The notes under the pieces: model-generated
The model's database searches: none
What the model saw: the letters and a program-made list of their open reading frames with translations, nothing else
What the model was told of the DNA's origin: nothing
NCBI RefSeq assembly: GCF_011386835.1
Contig: NC_088791.1
Span: 2,232,001-2,296,000, forward strand
Direction: 5' to 3'
Length of the DNA: 64,000 bases
From: Chrysemys picta bellii
Taxonomy: Eukaryota
Made by a program: the position numbers and the translations under genes
Shown here: positions 35,875-50,400 of the stretch, piece after piece
How positions within the stretch are numbered: the stretch's first letter is position 1
Layout of the letters: every line of letters begins with the position of its first letter

Positions 35875-38571
35875 CACGGTTACCTGTGCTGATGAGCTCT
35901 GCGTGGTCACCTGTGCTCTCCACGCTGGGCAAACAGGAAATGAAATTCAAACGTTCGCGGGTCTTTTCCTGTCTACCTGGTCAGTGCATCTGAGTTGAGA
36001 GTGCTGTCCAGAGCGGTCACAATGAAGCACTGTGGGATAGCTCCCGGAGGCCAATAACGTCGAATTCCATCCACACTACCCCAATTCCGACCCGCAAAGG
36101 CCGATTTTATCGCTAATCCCCTCGTCGAAGGTGGTGTAAAGAAACCAGTTTAAAGGGCCCTTTAAGTCGAAAGAAAGGGCTTCGTTGTGTCGACGTGTCC
36201 AGGCTTAATTCGATTTAATGCTGCTAAAGTCGACCTAAACCCGTAGTGTAGACCAGGCCTCAGACTTAATGTCCTCACCACACTGCCGTAGCCTCCTCGC
36301 CCGATTTCTCAGCATCTGACTCTGAAAAAGGTGGACAATAAGGTGCGAGGTGTTGACAACGGCCATAACTGCAGCGATGATCGCAGTGGGCTCCATGATC
36401 GCAGTGCTGTGGCGTCCGCGCTGTCACTCACCAGAAAAGTGCACAAACTGATTGCCCGCCGGCGCTTTCAGGGAGCGAGGGCGGGAGTGACAGTTGAATG
36501 ACGACAGTTACCCAAAAACACCCTCGACACATTTTTTGCCCCAGCAGGCATTGGGGGCTCGACCCAGAATTCCAATGGGCAGCGGGGACTGCGGGAACTG
36601 TAGGACAGCTGCCCACAGTGCACCGCTTCCAATGTTGATGCTTGCCCCGTTACTGTGGACTCACAAAGTTGAATTATTGTCCTTAGTGTGGATACACACG
36701 TTCGACTTTGTAATATCGGTTCCACAAATTATATTGAAGTAAAATCAAACTACTCTCGTAGTGTAGACATACCCTAAGTTATGAGTTTTAACAGGGTTTT
36801 TTCTTTTAAACCACAGCACTGAATGTTAGTCTAAAATTGTTTTCCAAACATTCTTAAACTCCCAGTTTATCCCCCGCTGATGTTCATTGTGAAAAGTATT
36901 GCAGGTCTAATAATAATATTTGGCACTTTTGTAATTCACTGTCCAACATGAATTTTGTGTCCTCCTCTGGTGGATTTTTAGAGGATAACTGTACAGCTAC
37001 CAGCTAAGGGAGTTATATCTTGAACTCAAGTAGTAGAAGCTCATGCTTTTAAGTCTGGATGGCTCGGGTTTCAATCCTTGGTGACTAGCTATGATGGAGG
37101 TTGCTAACTTATAATCCCCTTAATCAGAATTTCTGAATATGCTTTGTTGTAGGCAGAACTAGCCTATAGTTAAGCAACCGAAAATTTAGAATGGGAAGTG
37201 TTGAAATGTTGGGAAGCCTTATAATTCTGCCAATCTGGAACGAACATCCCATCTGAGGGATGGGGGCGGGGAGAGAGGAGAGTGAGACAGGACCAGGAAA
37301 CTGGGACAAGGAATCCAGAGCGGTAGTGGGGGGCAGTTGAAATAAGATGAGGAGCTGGGGTGGGTTAGACAGCAATAGGATAGACATAGACTGGAGAAGA
37401 CGGGGAAGAAGGGTCTTTGACTACTCGAGGCCACTCCGTTCGCCGAACATTTGATTCATGGGAAGCAGGGGAGGGGGACGGGCAGGGGGCGGAGCGTTCA
37501 GGGGAGGGGGCGGAATTGGGGCGGGGACTTTGGGGAAGGGGCGGAGTTGGGGTGGGGAAGGGGCGGAGTTGGGGTGGGGCTGGGGCCCCTTGGAGTGTCC
37601 TCTTTTTCCAGGACTGCAATATGATAACCCTAGTCTATGCTGAGAGGTGCTCTGTGCTTCTGAGATGGGACACTCAGGAGCCCTATGGCCTCCCCACCAG
37701 CCTGTATCTGGGGGGTCTGCAGCCAAGTGTGCCCCTGCCCATCACACTGGAGTCAGGGAGCCCAATCTCCCGGGGCCTGGGCCTGTCCAGGTGGAGGTCG
37801 TTTAGCTCGACCCTTTCAGACGCCCAGGGGTCACAAGCAGCTCAGAACACGGCTGGTCCCTGAGGGCCACCTGGATGAAGAAGGTTCCTGTCCCAGATCT
37901 CCTGCTCCCCCAAGGGCTCTTCACTCTTTCTGCACAAATATTTGCCCTCTTCATGCTGTTAGAAATTCTTTCCCAGTCACCCATGTCAGCGGCTTGCCGG
38001 GATTACAGCGTGTGCTCCCTAGAGCCAGCGCTGGCGTCCCTCCAGACCTGCTCAGGGAGGCTGTGTAAACGTTTCGAGATGCCAGCGAGGCCAGAGGCAG
38101 GGGCCAAAGTAAAGTAATTGTAAGAAATTCCCATATGCATCGTTAACCTCCATAACTGGGATTGTGTGGCTGCAAACGGGGGCGGGGGGCAGAGGGGGCT
38201 GTGATGAGTTGGGGCCACATCTGTATAACACATGCACTCCGATTGCTCTTGGGAAGTGGTGTTATGAAATACCGCTGTATCATGAGTTCCTACGTGTATG
38301 TGAAACCACCACTGCTGACAGGGCCGGTACCATGTACACCCCACACAGGCGCAAAGGCAAATGCTTAAGATTAATAATGGTGCTTAAACCTCACAAAACG
38401 CTATGTTATAAAAAGCAGTAGCATCCTTAGAAAACCCCATTTAGCTGATTCCTCTGACGGGAGGGGGGAAGTAGGAGCAGTGGAAAGTTACCTGGAGGAG
38501 AACAAAAGATGCCAAGTGCTCGGGAGTGGGTAAGGGTGACGCTGGTAGACCAGGTGCCAGCTCATGCCAAG

Positions 38572-39500
38572 ATCTTTGTGCCTCAATTGAACACTGACAA
38601 ATACACGGCTGTAGTCAGCCGGGCTCACCTGCTTTAATCTTCTGACTAGCTCTTGTTTCCTTTTCCTATTAATAAATCGGTGGATAGTTTATTGTAGGAT
38701 TGGCTACAAGCTACAAGCGTTGACTTCGGTGTAAGATCTAAAGTGCAATTGACCTGCAGTAAATGACTAGTCCTTTGGCACTGGGAGTAACTGGAATATT
38801 GCTGTGAGTTTTGCTGTAAGGGACCATCTCTCACAAGCTAGGCTCACCGGGGCGGCATGACGGATCGGAGTATCCACGGGGACTGTCTGTGACTCCGTGT
38901 TTAAGGCTGTTATAGTGCCTGAGGTGTTCACACTTGGAGAACTCTAAGTCTAGATCACACTGCCACTCTGGGGTTCGTGCCCTGGTTTAAACCCACAAGA
39001 ACAGGGGCCGGACAGGAAGAGGATGGTAGCATGGGCAGGAGATGGCAAGGACACCGAAGCGAGGTGAGGGGCTCCAGGAAGGAGACGTCACCCAGTATGT
39101 AGCAGCTTCCTGGGGCAGAGGGGGCTGCTTGTTTTCCTGAGCCCAGAGGGCTCCAAGGGCTCTGGGCAGCCCAGGGCAGTTGGGCCCCTGCCCTGTGTGG
39201 TGAGGAGCCTGAGACAGGGACATACATTGAGTGGGTCTCGTTTGGGATGCTCCGTACTCTCCTGTGCTGTACATGATGCAGGATAAAAGATCATAAAGGC
39301 GTCTGACGGGGCCAAGCGTGAGCATGGCTGAAAAGCCCCATTTCCGAGATGGGGGAACAGACGGAGAGCTGGGGCCCAGGCGTGTGCCAGAGACACCAAG
39401 GGAGGGGCCTGTGCTACAGCCTGCCGAGGCTCCAGGAGCGTAACACAGCTGGGGGACCCTGAGCACGGGGGCTTGGCTTCCCCTCACAGACTCCTAGTGG
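38572..39500. other. 929-bp segment present only in unit 2; the first about 360 bp are LTR-like
   Basis: Unit 1 joins GCCAAG directly to GTGGCCAGC at 9225/9226. No TSD is seen. Confidence 0.7.
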
Positions 39501-41436
39501 GTGGCCAGCAAGGGGTGTCTGCTCGGATCCGTGACAGGCAATTCGCGGTGCCCAGCGTGCTCTGTCCCTCGGCCATTACTCGCTGGATCAATGCTCTGCA
39601 GGGGCCGTGCTGCGGCCCCCGTGGGATGCGTGACTGGAAGTCAGGCTGGGGAGCGCAGAGAACATGGCAGGGTTAGCTAAGGGCGGGGACGTTCTGTGAG
39701 GTTCCCAGTTCCTAGTGCCACCCCCGACCGGGCAGAGGTTGTGTGGAACCATAATTACCCTCACAGAGCAGGGTCTGAATGAGGGACCCTCAGGTCCACA
39801 CCAGAGCCCCCTGCCACTCGTGCCAGTGCGCTCTGCCAGGCACCACACAGCTGTTTGCTACCGAGCAGTAGGATGCTGGGAGCCAGGACTCCTGGGTTTC
39901 ATACCTGGCTCTGGGAGGGGAGTGTGGGCTAGTGGCTAGAGCAGTGGTTCCAGGTGGGACAGCCAAGCCCATAGAATTGGCATACTCCAAAGTGGCTACC
40001 CAAGTGACTGAGCCTTGAGTCCAGACCAGGCCCCGACCTGGCCTACCAAATTTCAAGCCATTCTGACTAGGCATGTGGATTTTAGAGACGATGTGAATTT
40101 CAGCACTGAAGAGATACTCGGATGCAAGTTGGACGGTGGAAGAGGCTATTGCCTTCCCATCATTCCTGGCCAGCCCTGGGACAGAGCTAGGGGTTATCCC
40201 CACTGCTCACCTTGTCCAGGCTGAAAGCTGACTGCCCATTCCCTGGCTTTAGAGAAGGGTGGGGGGAGGCTGGAGGGGGCGATGTGCATTCTGGGTGGAT
40301 GCACCTGTGTTCTTGGTTGGGGGGGAGCCCTGGCACGGTAACACAACGGCGTCTTGTCTACGGCTCAGAGGAGAAGATGGACAGCTCGACGGCCAGGTCC
40401 TCAGCTGGTGGTCAGGGAGCTCTGCTGGTTTACTGCAGTGGAGCGTCACTGACTGCGACGGCAGCGGATCAGGCCCAGGAGTTGTACAGAGACGCTCGTT
40501 CTGTTGCCTGGCTGGCTTTGGCTCTCCCCTGCTGCCTGGAGAGGTGCCGTGCTCTCATTTGCTCGCCTCTCTCATCCTTCACGTCAGGTTTTGGTCCTCA
40601 GACCCCTGGGGGCCTCTGGACACCCCGCTGCTGCGGCTGCTTCTGGTTCTTCTCTTTCACAGAAAGCGCCTTCAGTGCTGCCTTAATTGCCACCTCTTGA
40701 GCCATGAAGCCCTCACCCTTGGGACTGTCTGGATGTCAGATGGGAACATAAGAACGGCCCTAATGAGTCAGACCAAAGGTCCATCTAGCCCAGTATCCTG
40801 ACTTCTGACAGTGGCCAGTGCCAGGTGCCCCAGAGGGAATGAACAGAACAGCTAATCATCAAGTGATCCATCCCCTGTCGCCCATTCCCAGCTTCTGACA
40901 AACAGAGGCTAGGGACACCATTCCTGCCCATCCTGGCTAATAGCCATTGATGGACCTATCCTCCGTGAATTTATCTAGTTCTTTTTTAAACCCTGTTATG
41001 GTCTTGGCCTTCGCAACATCCTCTGGCAAGGCGTTCCACAGGTTGACTGAGCATTGTGTGAAGAAATACTTCCTTTTATTTGTTTTAAACCTGCTGCCTA
41101 TTAATTTCATTTGGTGACACCTAGTTCTTGTGTTATGAGAAGTAATAAACAATACTTCCTTATTTATTTTCTCACATGCACTGAGCTGAATGCTCGAGGG
41201 TAAGTTTATTATCACGTCACTGTGCTGAGATTGCTGAGAAGAGCAGAGCGTGGGTACGACAGGGAGAGAAGGGGGCAGAGCAGAGCGGGAGTGACACACC
41301 GTAACACAGCGATGCTTTGCAGAAGGGACTTTGCAGCCGGGGACACAGGATCTGGTCTCCCAGGGGAGCTGGAGGGACCCGATTCGCTCACAGGCCATGT
41401 GTTGGGAGCCCCCCAGATCCAGGCGACCTGCCTCCC

Positions 41437-44400
41437 CTAGGGTTTGCGTTTACAAATGAAAGGGAATCTGTCTCCACAGGGATAATCGTGCCATTTCTGA
41501 AAATCTAGAAAGAAAAACAAAAATGATCCCTGGGGTGAGGCAGGCTGGGCCGTTCCTGCTCGTACAGTGACCCCAATCCTGCCCCGTGCCAGGCCCGACG
41601 GAGAAGATCCCAGCTCCTGTGCACAGCCCTGAGGAAGAGGAGGGTGGGATGGAGCCCTGAGCACCCCAGATTGGGGCAGCCCCATCCTGCAAAGAGAGGC
41701 CGAGGCTCAGTGTGAAAGGGGAGACGCCTGGTCCATGTGCTACTGCTCCTACCTCCCCCACCCCACGTGCCCCCACCCCAGCCAGAGGGCAGAGGAGAGA
41801 GCGAGAGCCCTGCCCCGGGACTGGGGGCACCCGCTCAGGAACTGGGCTGCTGCCTCCCTCCCTGCTGAGTGAGCTGCCCCACAGCCAGGCCCCCTCCATG
41901 CCCTGCCCGCCTGGGTCTGGCTACACCCATGGGAACATCTGTCCCAGGCAGGGCTCAGCCGCCATGCAGAGGGGATGTGTCCCTGCCCCAGGAGTCAGTG
42001 TTACCGGCCTGCTGTGCACGGAGCTGCACGTTCCTCCCTCAGACCCCGTTACCCCTCTGCTCCGGGGGTGTCTGTGCCCGTGCCCGGGGGCTGCCCCGGC
42101 AGTAGTATTCCTGCTTAGTCAGCCCAGAGAGCGCCTAGGGAAGGACAGTCCTGGGTCTGGGCTGGGTGGGCTTTGCCCCTCAGCAGCACCCCAGGCCGAG
42201 CAGGGAGCTCCGCGGGGGGGTATAGGCCGGTCTCAGTGCCCCATTCCCTTGGGTGCGGGTTTCTGCTGCTGTTTGACTCTATCCTGTCCAGTGACTGCGG
42301 CCCTGGCTGTGCCCCTCTGCCGGCACCGGGTCTGACGGACACTGAGCCTGTAACTCAAGACTGTATCATGACGCACACGTTCCAGGGGCTGAGTTAAGGT
42401 TACATGGGCAGCTTAGTCTGGTACTTCCTTGACTTTGGGACTTTCATGTTCCTTTAACATAATGTTTTGGGTGTAATTTAGGAATAGTTCATAAACGTAA
42501 CAAAGAATTAATGGTTTAGTAAAATGTTCATCAATTATTACAGAGCCCAGTGCTCAATGGGCTGCTTGTTACCCTAGCGTGTGACTGTCTATCACACCCG
42601 GCTCATGGCGGGCCCAGGCCTGTCCCAGTGATAAATGGAATTGGTCTGAGAGCCCCGGCCCTGCCCCTCGCTCCCCACACCCACTGACACTGCAGGCCCC
42701 ACACAGACACAGCACTCAGTGATCGGGGCCAGGCAGGGGATTAGTTGTGAATTTTGCCCCTCTCCTGTTCACAGCCTGTCTGCAAAGCGACCCCTCGAAT
42801 CCACCAACACTGGCTAGTCCAGGGGTTCTCAAACTTGGGGTACTGACCCCTCATGGGGTCGCAAGGTGGTTACATGGGGGTCATGAGCTGTCAGCTCTGT
42901 GGGGCTGGCAGCCCCAAGTCACTATTCAATTAAATGACCCCTCTCGTTGTGAATGTATAACGGGGGTCCCACTGAGAGGCTTGCTGTGCGAAAGGGGGCA
43001 CCAATACAAAAAGGTGGAAAACCACTGGGCTAGTCCCTGTTGCCGTCTGGGCTTTTTGGAACTTTCACAAGCAGCCGGCATGTGTGCAAATGCTTGTGAG
43101 TAACACAACCCTGTGAGGGGGACAAATGCAGCTCTGGTGCCCACATCATTGTGTGGATCAGGGTTTGCACAGCAGGGGGGCAACAGCGACTCAGAGCCAT
43201 CGCCCCTTAAAAGCTCACCAGAGTCCTCGTCTGGGGCCAGGGGTGTCTGTCTGTCTGTCTCTGTTTGCGCGTGTGTGCATATGTCTCTCCTGCCTGTCAC
43301 TGGAGCAGACATATGACCTGACCCAGGGGAGCTGGTAAGCAGCAGTTTTACCAGGTGCGACAGGGGTTCTCTCCTGACTGCCCTCCCAGCATGGGGCAGG
43401 GAAGAGAGGAGCAGGGATTTGCACTCCATTGCGCACTGGGGCCAGCCTGGATCAGTATCTCAGGACTTGTGTGGTCAGAGCGCTGCCAGGATGGTAGGTC
43501 CATGGGGGTCTGAGCCGCCTGCTTACCTGTATTGTCAAATAACACTGTGCAGTGCTCATTTCCTCCCAAATTATTAGGTTGCCATTTCTCCCAAGCTCTG
43601 AAGCTGAACGGGGATTCATCTGACCATCTCCAGGTTTGATCCTGCAGAGACAAAGGAGAGCAGAGCCCCGGTAAACCCAAGGTTACACAGCTAGAGACAT
43701 GCCCCGGAGCCGAGGGGCCATGGGCAGGGCACGGGCAGAGGCTGCCCAGTGACACTGGAGACACTGATCATTGCTATGAAATGTCAGCGCTGACAACAAG
43801 GGCTACATTTACTGGCAGCTGAAGTTACACCAGGACCTGCCCAAGCCCTGGGAAGCATGAAAACAGCAAGTGAAGGGAGAGTCTCCGTCACCCCCTGTCC
43901 CTGCCACCCCCACATCGCCGAGGGGAGCGCACCCCGACCTGCCCTCAGGTTCCACGTCCATCTCCAGCCCAGCCCGACAGGCAGCACCTGCAGCGTCATC
44001 CCACGCGCTGTCCCGCAGCCCCACGCTGCTGCCCCCATTCTCTCTCGTGTGCACAGATCCACGCGACGACGCTCCCCAAGCCCATCCACAGGGGAGTTAC
44101 TCTGCTCCCCGCTGCAGAGATCACGGCGGTAGGTCTGGGGGACGGGGGCGCTGGATGAAGCTGGGTTCGCACTGTCGGGGATCAGGGGCTGCAGCAGAAT
44201 TAGTCACCTGGCAACCCAACCAGTGCAGCCAGCCGGCTGCAGGCCACCCGACTGACTGCACCCCCTGCCTGGGCAGGAAGGGCAGCTGGCCGGCTCTTAG
44301 CCCAGCAGCTCTCTGGCTGCTCAGTGTGGTCATGCCACGGCCGCGATCCTCCCTGTGCTGCTGCTCCTCGCCGGGCTCCTGTCCTGCTCCAGCCCTGCTC

Positions 44401-47400
44401 CTCTTCCTGCTCCTGCTGGTTTCCCAGCCTTGCTCCTGCTCAGTCCTGGCCGCCTCGGCTCGCTCCTGGTCCCGGCTTCCTTACCCTGCCCCTGGGCTCC
44501 GGCGCTGACCCTTGATGTGCCGCCTGGGTCCCCTCCTGGCTCTGACCCTCGGCTTGGCTATTAATTCCTGACTTCGGCTCTGACCCTTGTGTTGGATCCG
44601 CTTCCTGCTCCTGCTCCGACCATTAGCCTGACCACCCACGGCCCCGCCTCTATCGTGTGTTCCCTTGGGCTGTTTGCTGGGGAGGGAAGCAGACGCCGTA
44701 TGCGCCTGGAGTGGGCTGCCAGCACCTCAGCCGATGGGAAGGAGCCGGGAATGTTGGCGACAATCCCCTTGTTCTGTCCGTGCGTTCAGGGATTCGGGTG
44801 GGTCCTGATCCCCCCTTCCCTGTCCCTGAAGGGAGTTCTGGGTTATTAATTCCCCAGGCTTTTGTATGGGGCTGTGTCCCTCGGTGGGCAGCTCCTCAGT
44901 GGGCGGGTGCAGGGGGAGCTGCGGAGGGGCAGAGGCTGACGCTGCCCAGGCTGAGTTGACCCCCCGAGGGGTGAAAGGCTGCGACGTGGCCCAGGAGGTC
45001 TCTGTCTCTGGCATTTTATCACGGTGAGACATGAGGAGGCCAAGAGCAGTCGGGCATGTTTAGCAAGTGACGACAGCCTGTAGGCTGGAGGGAGCCTCGT
45101 GCAGGAGTCATCGCCGTCACTCCCGTCCCGCTCGGGTCCTGCACGGGAACGAACGGGGCTGGGCTGCCGATGCCTCCGCACCGGGGCCTCCGCGGGATAG
45201 CACCAGCTGAGTAGCCCAGACGCGACTGGCCAGGGGCTGGGCGCAGCGTACGCGCTGCTGGGTCCCCGCTGCAGGCCCAGACTTGTGGGGTTCGGGGGCG
45301 CCAGAGCCGCAGCCGCCGAGCGCCATCGGCCGCTTCCTCCCCCCGCGGCAGTGGGAGCTGCAGCCGCGGCTGCTCCCGAGTCCCGCTGCCCAGGGGCGGA
45401 GAACAGCCGCCGCCTGGTCCCGCGGGCTGCCCCCCTCCTCTCCCTACCACCCAACTGAGTCCTGCCTACGATCGGGGGCCTGCTCGGGGCCAGCCCGGAC
45501 TGTTACTCACCCCGGCCCCGCGCTTCCCCTGCGTCTCCCGGGCCTCCCTCCAGCGCTTGAGGAGGGAGGAGGAAGGGCGAGCCTGGGGAAGAGGCGGGGA
45601 TTCGGGGAGGGAGCCAATGGGGGAAGGAGGGGTGGAGTCAGGGCGGAGGGGGGGGTGGAGTCAAGGCGGCGGGGATGGCGCGAGCACTTCCAGGCTCAGG
45701 AGTATTTGCTTGTCTGTCCAGTTTCCCAACCTAACGTCGGTCGGGACGCGGGACAAACAAGGAAATATCGGGACAGTGCCGATAAAATAGGGACGTCTGG
45801 TCACCCTACAGGGAGCAGAAGCCGCCTCCCCGGCCAGGCTCTGTCAGGCACCCGCCAGGTTGCAGAGCAGCACCCGGGAGGGGCCGGAGTCAGAAGTGGC
45901 TCCCTCCTGCTCCCCGCCCAGGCTCCTTCCCTCAGGGAGGGCAGCAGCAGGTGCCGTGGCGGAGGGGGCAGGCGCCGTGGGAGAACAGACCCCTCCACAA
46001 GGAACGTGGGGTGGGGAGAGGGTGGTCACCCTGGGCTGGGTGCGGGGGAGGGTTGGTCGGGGGGCACATGTGTGTAACCTCCCCTTTAGATCGTGCCCCC
46101 CCCCCAGTATGGGGAGGCTCCGGGCATCTAAGGGGCGCCCTTGGGGGAGGGGGAAGAATGGGGCGGGAAGAGGTGGAGCAGGGGCAGGAAGAGACAGGGT
46201 GGGGTTCTGGGGGAGGGAGCTGAGGGCTAGAGACTGGACTGGAGAGTCCCCGCGCCCCCGGTGTGCTCGGTCCCTGGGCGCTAGTGTCACGAATGTGAAT
46301 ATTAATACCAACAGTTCACACTCTGCACCGGGCGCTGGGGATCGACCCTGTGATGGGAAACCCAGGCGGTTACAGCCCCTTTTCACCCCGTTCCCATGGA
46401 AATCCTGCTCTGGTGGCACCCCTGCCCCAAACAACAACCTCACTGAGCAGAGACACAGAGCCCAGGGGCCTGGGGAGGGGCTGCCAGAGGCAGAGCGGGC
46501 ACTGGGCACTCACATGGTCAAGGTCTGAGAGTCCGATCCAGACATGATTCTTCTTTGTGGGGTCCCCCTTGATGTAATGGGCCAGCATATTCTTTTCTTC
46601 GGCACTGTGAATGGAGGCGAGATGGGCCCCAGGCCAATGCTGCTGGCAGTCCGCCTGGGACAGGAAAAAACAAAGCCAGTTACCCCCTTCCCGGCACTGC
46701 AGGGAGCAGCAGGCGCGAGTCCAGCACTGTTCTGGGCCCTGCCTCCCTCGGGCAGCAAGGGCTGTGAGGGGACAGGACCCCGTGTTAGCACCTCTCCCCT
46801 CCCCAGGACCAATGGGAGGAGCAGGTAGAGACGCCTCCCTCCCTCCATCCCCCTTCACCTTCCCGGCCCCCACCCCGCTCGGCACAGCCACAGCCACCCT
46901 GTGCCCTGCTGGTGTCACCGAATCCCTCCCGCGCCAGCTCCTGGGCTCTGCTCTGAGCACTGGCCTGCCCTGGGCCATGGCTCTGCCAGACTCACCCGCT
47001 GTCATGCTGGGAGCAGAGCACAGGTGTGGCTGATGAAGGGCACTGTTCTGACCCCAGGCACTCGGACTCTGCCAGGCGCTCGGCTTGTGCACATGAGCAA
47101 TTAGCACCACATGACCTCAGAGCAGCCCTGGCCGAGGGGATTTCCTGGCAGATCTCACAGAGTCCTAGAGCCCGGGCTCCAGCCCAAGCGCAGAAGCCTA
47201 CACCGCAATGAAACACGCGTGGCAAGCGGGCAGCAGGGCGACTGGCAGAGAGGTTCGTGGCGAGGGCCAGAGCAGAGCCCCACAGAGAAACGCAGCAATC
47301 GACCGTGGGGGTGACGAGCGAGTGCCCGAGCAGTGCAGCGTGTAAGGTGCCTCCTTCCCCCCCTCCACACAGGGCGGGAGGTGAACTCTGCGGATAAACC

Positions 47401-50400
47401 TCTGAACTCTGGGGCTGCACTAGCCAAGGACAGCAACTGTGAGTGGGGTACAGAGAAGAGACGGGCACGTTAATGGAACATTTGGGTTGCTGGACTTAAG
47501 TACCGAGGGGAAAAGGACACCGCCCAACTTACTTGGGGGTGGGTTGTTTGTGTTTATGAACCCTAGTTGTGGTGTTTTCCAAAATTAATGCTGAGTTTTT
47601 CCCCTCCTTTTATTAAAAGTTTTTGCTACACTCAGACTCAGTGCTTGTGAGAGAGGAAGTATTGCCTCTTAGAGGTGCCCGAGGGGTGGTGTGTAATTAT
47701 CCCAGGCCACTGTTTGGGGGCTCGATCCGGTTCTGTGTTGTACTGTTGAAACGGATCCCCTAGATACTGAGCTGGCCCGTGTTGCTGCTGGCTTCATCTG
47801 GCAGAAGGGTTACAAACATACTAAAATGTAACATCCCTGTGGTGGGGAAAACACCACAGCAGCCCACCAAGGTAGCATTTCATTTCAGAAATGAGGAAGT
47901 TTGTGAAACAGAAATTAAAAGGTAAAGCACAAAAAGTGAAATCCCTGCAAGCTGCATGGAAACTTTTTAAAGACACCATAATAGAGACTCAACTTAAACG
48001 GATCCCCCAAATTAAAAAACATAGTAAGAGAACCTAAAAAGTGCCACTGTGGCTAAACAAGAAAGTAAAAGAAGCAGCAAGAGGCAGAAAGGCATCATTT
48101 AAAAAGTGGAAGTTAAATCCAACTTGTTAAGTACATCAGAAGCAGGAAGCCTGCTAAACAACCAGTGGGGCCACTGGACAATCAATATGCTAAAGCAGCA
48201 CACAAGGATGATAAGGCCATTGCGGAGAAGCTAAAGGAATTCTTTGCATCGGTCTTCACAGCTGAGGATGTGAGGGAGATTCCCAAACCTGAAACGTTCT
48301 TTTTAGGTGACTGTCCAGGTTCCCTCCACACTCTGAACTCTGTGGTACGGATGTGGGGACCCGCATGGAAGACCCCCTAAGTTTATATTCCACCAGCTTA
48401 GGTTAAAAACTTCCCCAAGGCACAAATTTCTTTCCTTGTCCTTGGACGGTATTGCTGCCACCACCAAATGATTTAGACAAAAATTCAGGAAAAGAGTCAC
48501 TTGGAGTCACTTCTTCCCCAAAATATTCCCCCAAGCCCTTTCACCCCCTTTCCTGGGGAGGCTTGAGAATAATGTGAGTACCGACCAGACCCTTTGTCCC
48601 TAGGACACTGAAAATCAAACAGGTTCTTAAAGTAAAAGAATCACACCTGCAAAATCAGTATGTAAGGTAACTTTACAGGGTAATAAAAAGATTAAACACA
48701 GAGGATTCCCCTCTAGGCTCAGCTTCAAAGTTACAAAAACAGGAATAAAACTCCCTCTTATCATAGGGAAAATTCACAAGTTAAAACAAAAGATAGTCTA
48801 ACACATTTCCTTGCCTTTACTATCAATTTCTGTAATTTTATATGTATAATTTCAGGTTTGTTTTCAGGTATGCTTCGTCTCTCTCTCCATCCAGAGAGGG
48901 AACAAAACAAAGAGAGCACAAACAAAACCTCCCCCCATCACCCCCCACCCCCGATTTGAAAGTATCTTCTTTCCCCATTGGTCCTTCTGGTCAGGTGTCA
49001 ATTAGGTTAATTGAACTGATTAACCCCTTACAGGTAAATTGATTCTATACCTCTGACCAGGAGGGATTTTATGTTACTGTATACGTAAAGGTTGATACCC
49101 TTCCCTTTATATTTATGACAGTGACAAATCTGAGGAACTGTCCCAAATTAAGGTATCATTAGATGAGGTTTTGGAACAAATTGATAAATTAAACAATAAG
49201 TCACCAGGACCAGATGGTATTAACCCAAGAGTTCTGAAGGAACTCAAATGTAAATCTGAAGAACTACTAACTGTGATACCATATGATTGGAGGATACCTA
49301 ATGTGATGCCAATTTTTTTTAAAAGCTTCGGCGGCGATCCTTGAAATTCAAGGCCAGTAAGCATAACTTCAGTACCAGAAAAACTGGTTGAAACTGTAGT
49401 AAAGAAAAAAATTGCCATACACATACCGATGAACATAATTTGTTGGGGAAGAGTCAACATGGTTTTTGTAAAGGGAAATCATGCCTCACCAATCTACTAG
49501 AATTCTTCCTTTCCCTGACTCTGCACAGCTCCCGGAAGTGGTTGCCAGGTCCCTGCAGCCCCTAGGCACATATGAGACAGGGAGGCTCCATGCGCTGCCC
49601 CTGCCCGAGTGCCGGTTCCGCAGCTCCCATTGGCTGCGAACCACAACCAATGGGAGCTCTAGAGCAGCCATTTCCTAGGAACTGCAGTAAGTGCTTTTGG
49701 GACCCCATACCCCAATCCCCCTCCCACACCCCAATCCCCTGCCCCAGCCCGAAGTCTCCTCCTGTACCCAATCTCCCTCCTCCAAACCCACACCCTGTTC
49801 ACACCCCAACCCCGTGCCCAGCTCTGAGCACCTCCTGTACCCCAAACCTCTCATATCTGGCCCCACCCAAGAACCACCCTACATTCAGAGCCATGACCCA
49901 CCACCCGCACCTTAACCCCCTGCCCCAGCCCAGAGATCTCTCCTGCACCCGTATCCCCTCATCCCTGGTCCCACCCCAGAGCCCACACCCCCAGAATGAG
50001 CCCGCATCCCCTCCCTCACTCCAAACCCTTCGGCCCTAACCTGGAGCCCCCTCCTACACCCCCAGCTCAGAGCCTATACCCCCCCTGCACCACAACTTCC
50101 TGCTCCAGCCCAGAGCCATCTCCCACACCCCAAATCCTTCATCCCTGGGCCCACCCCAGAGCCCGCACCCCAGGCCGGAGCCCTCACCCACTCCCGCACC
50201 TGAACCCTTTGCCCCAGACAAGTGAAAGTGAATGATGGTGGGGGAGAGTGACAGAGGATGGGGGGATGGAGCAAGTGGGGGTGGGGCCTCGGAGAAGGGG
50301 CGGGGCAGGGGTTTGCACTTAGAAAGTTGGCAACCCTACCCCCGCCCCTCCCACCGTAGCGGATTCCCAGCCTAGCCCAGCTCACTTCCTCTGATATTCA

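Larger units (their letters stand above)
31306..36259. mobile_element. Harbinger B, full length, opposite orientation to A, TSD TCA
   Basis: GGGTATGTCTACACTACG...CGTAGTGTAGACCAGGCC; TCA at 31303-31305 and 36260-36262; empty site at 6916-6918. Confidence 0.95.
27003..36774. mobile_element. Harbinger A, copy 1, full length, TSD TAA, containing nested Harbinger B
   Basis: Ends GGCCTGGTCTACAC and GTGTAGACATACCC. TAA occurs at 27000-27002 and 36775-36777, and the empty site GCTGCTAAGTTATG is at 62058-62071. Confidence 0.95.
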
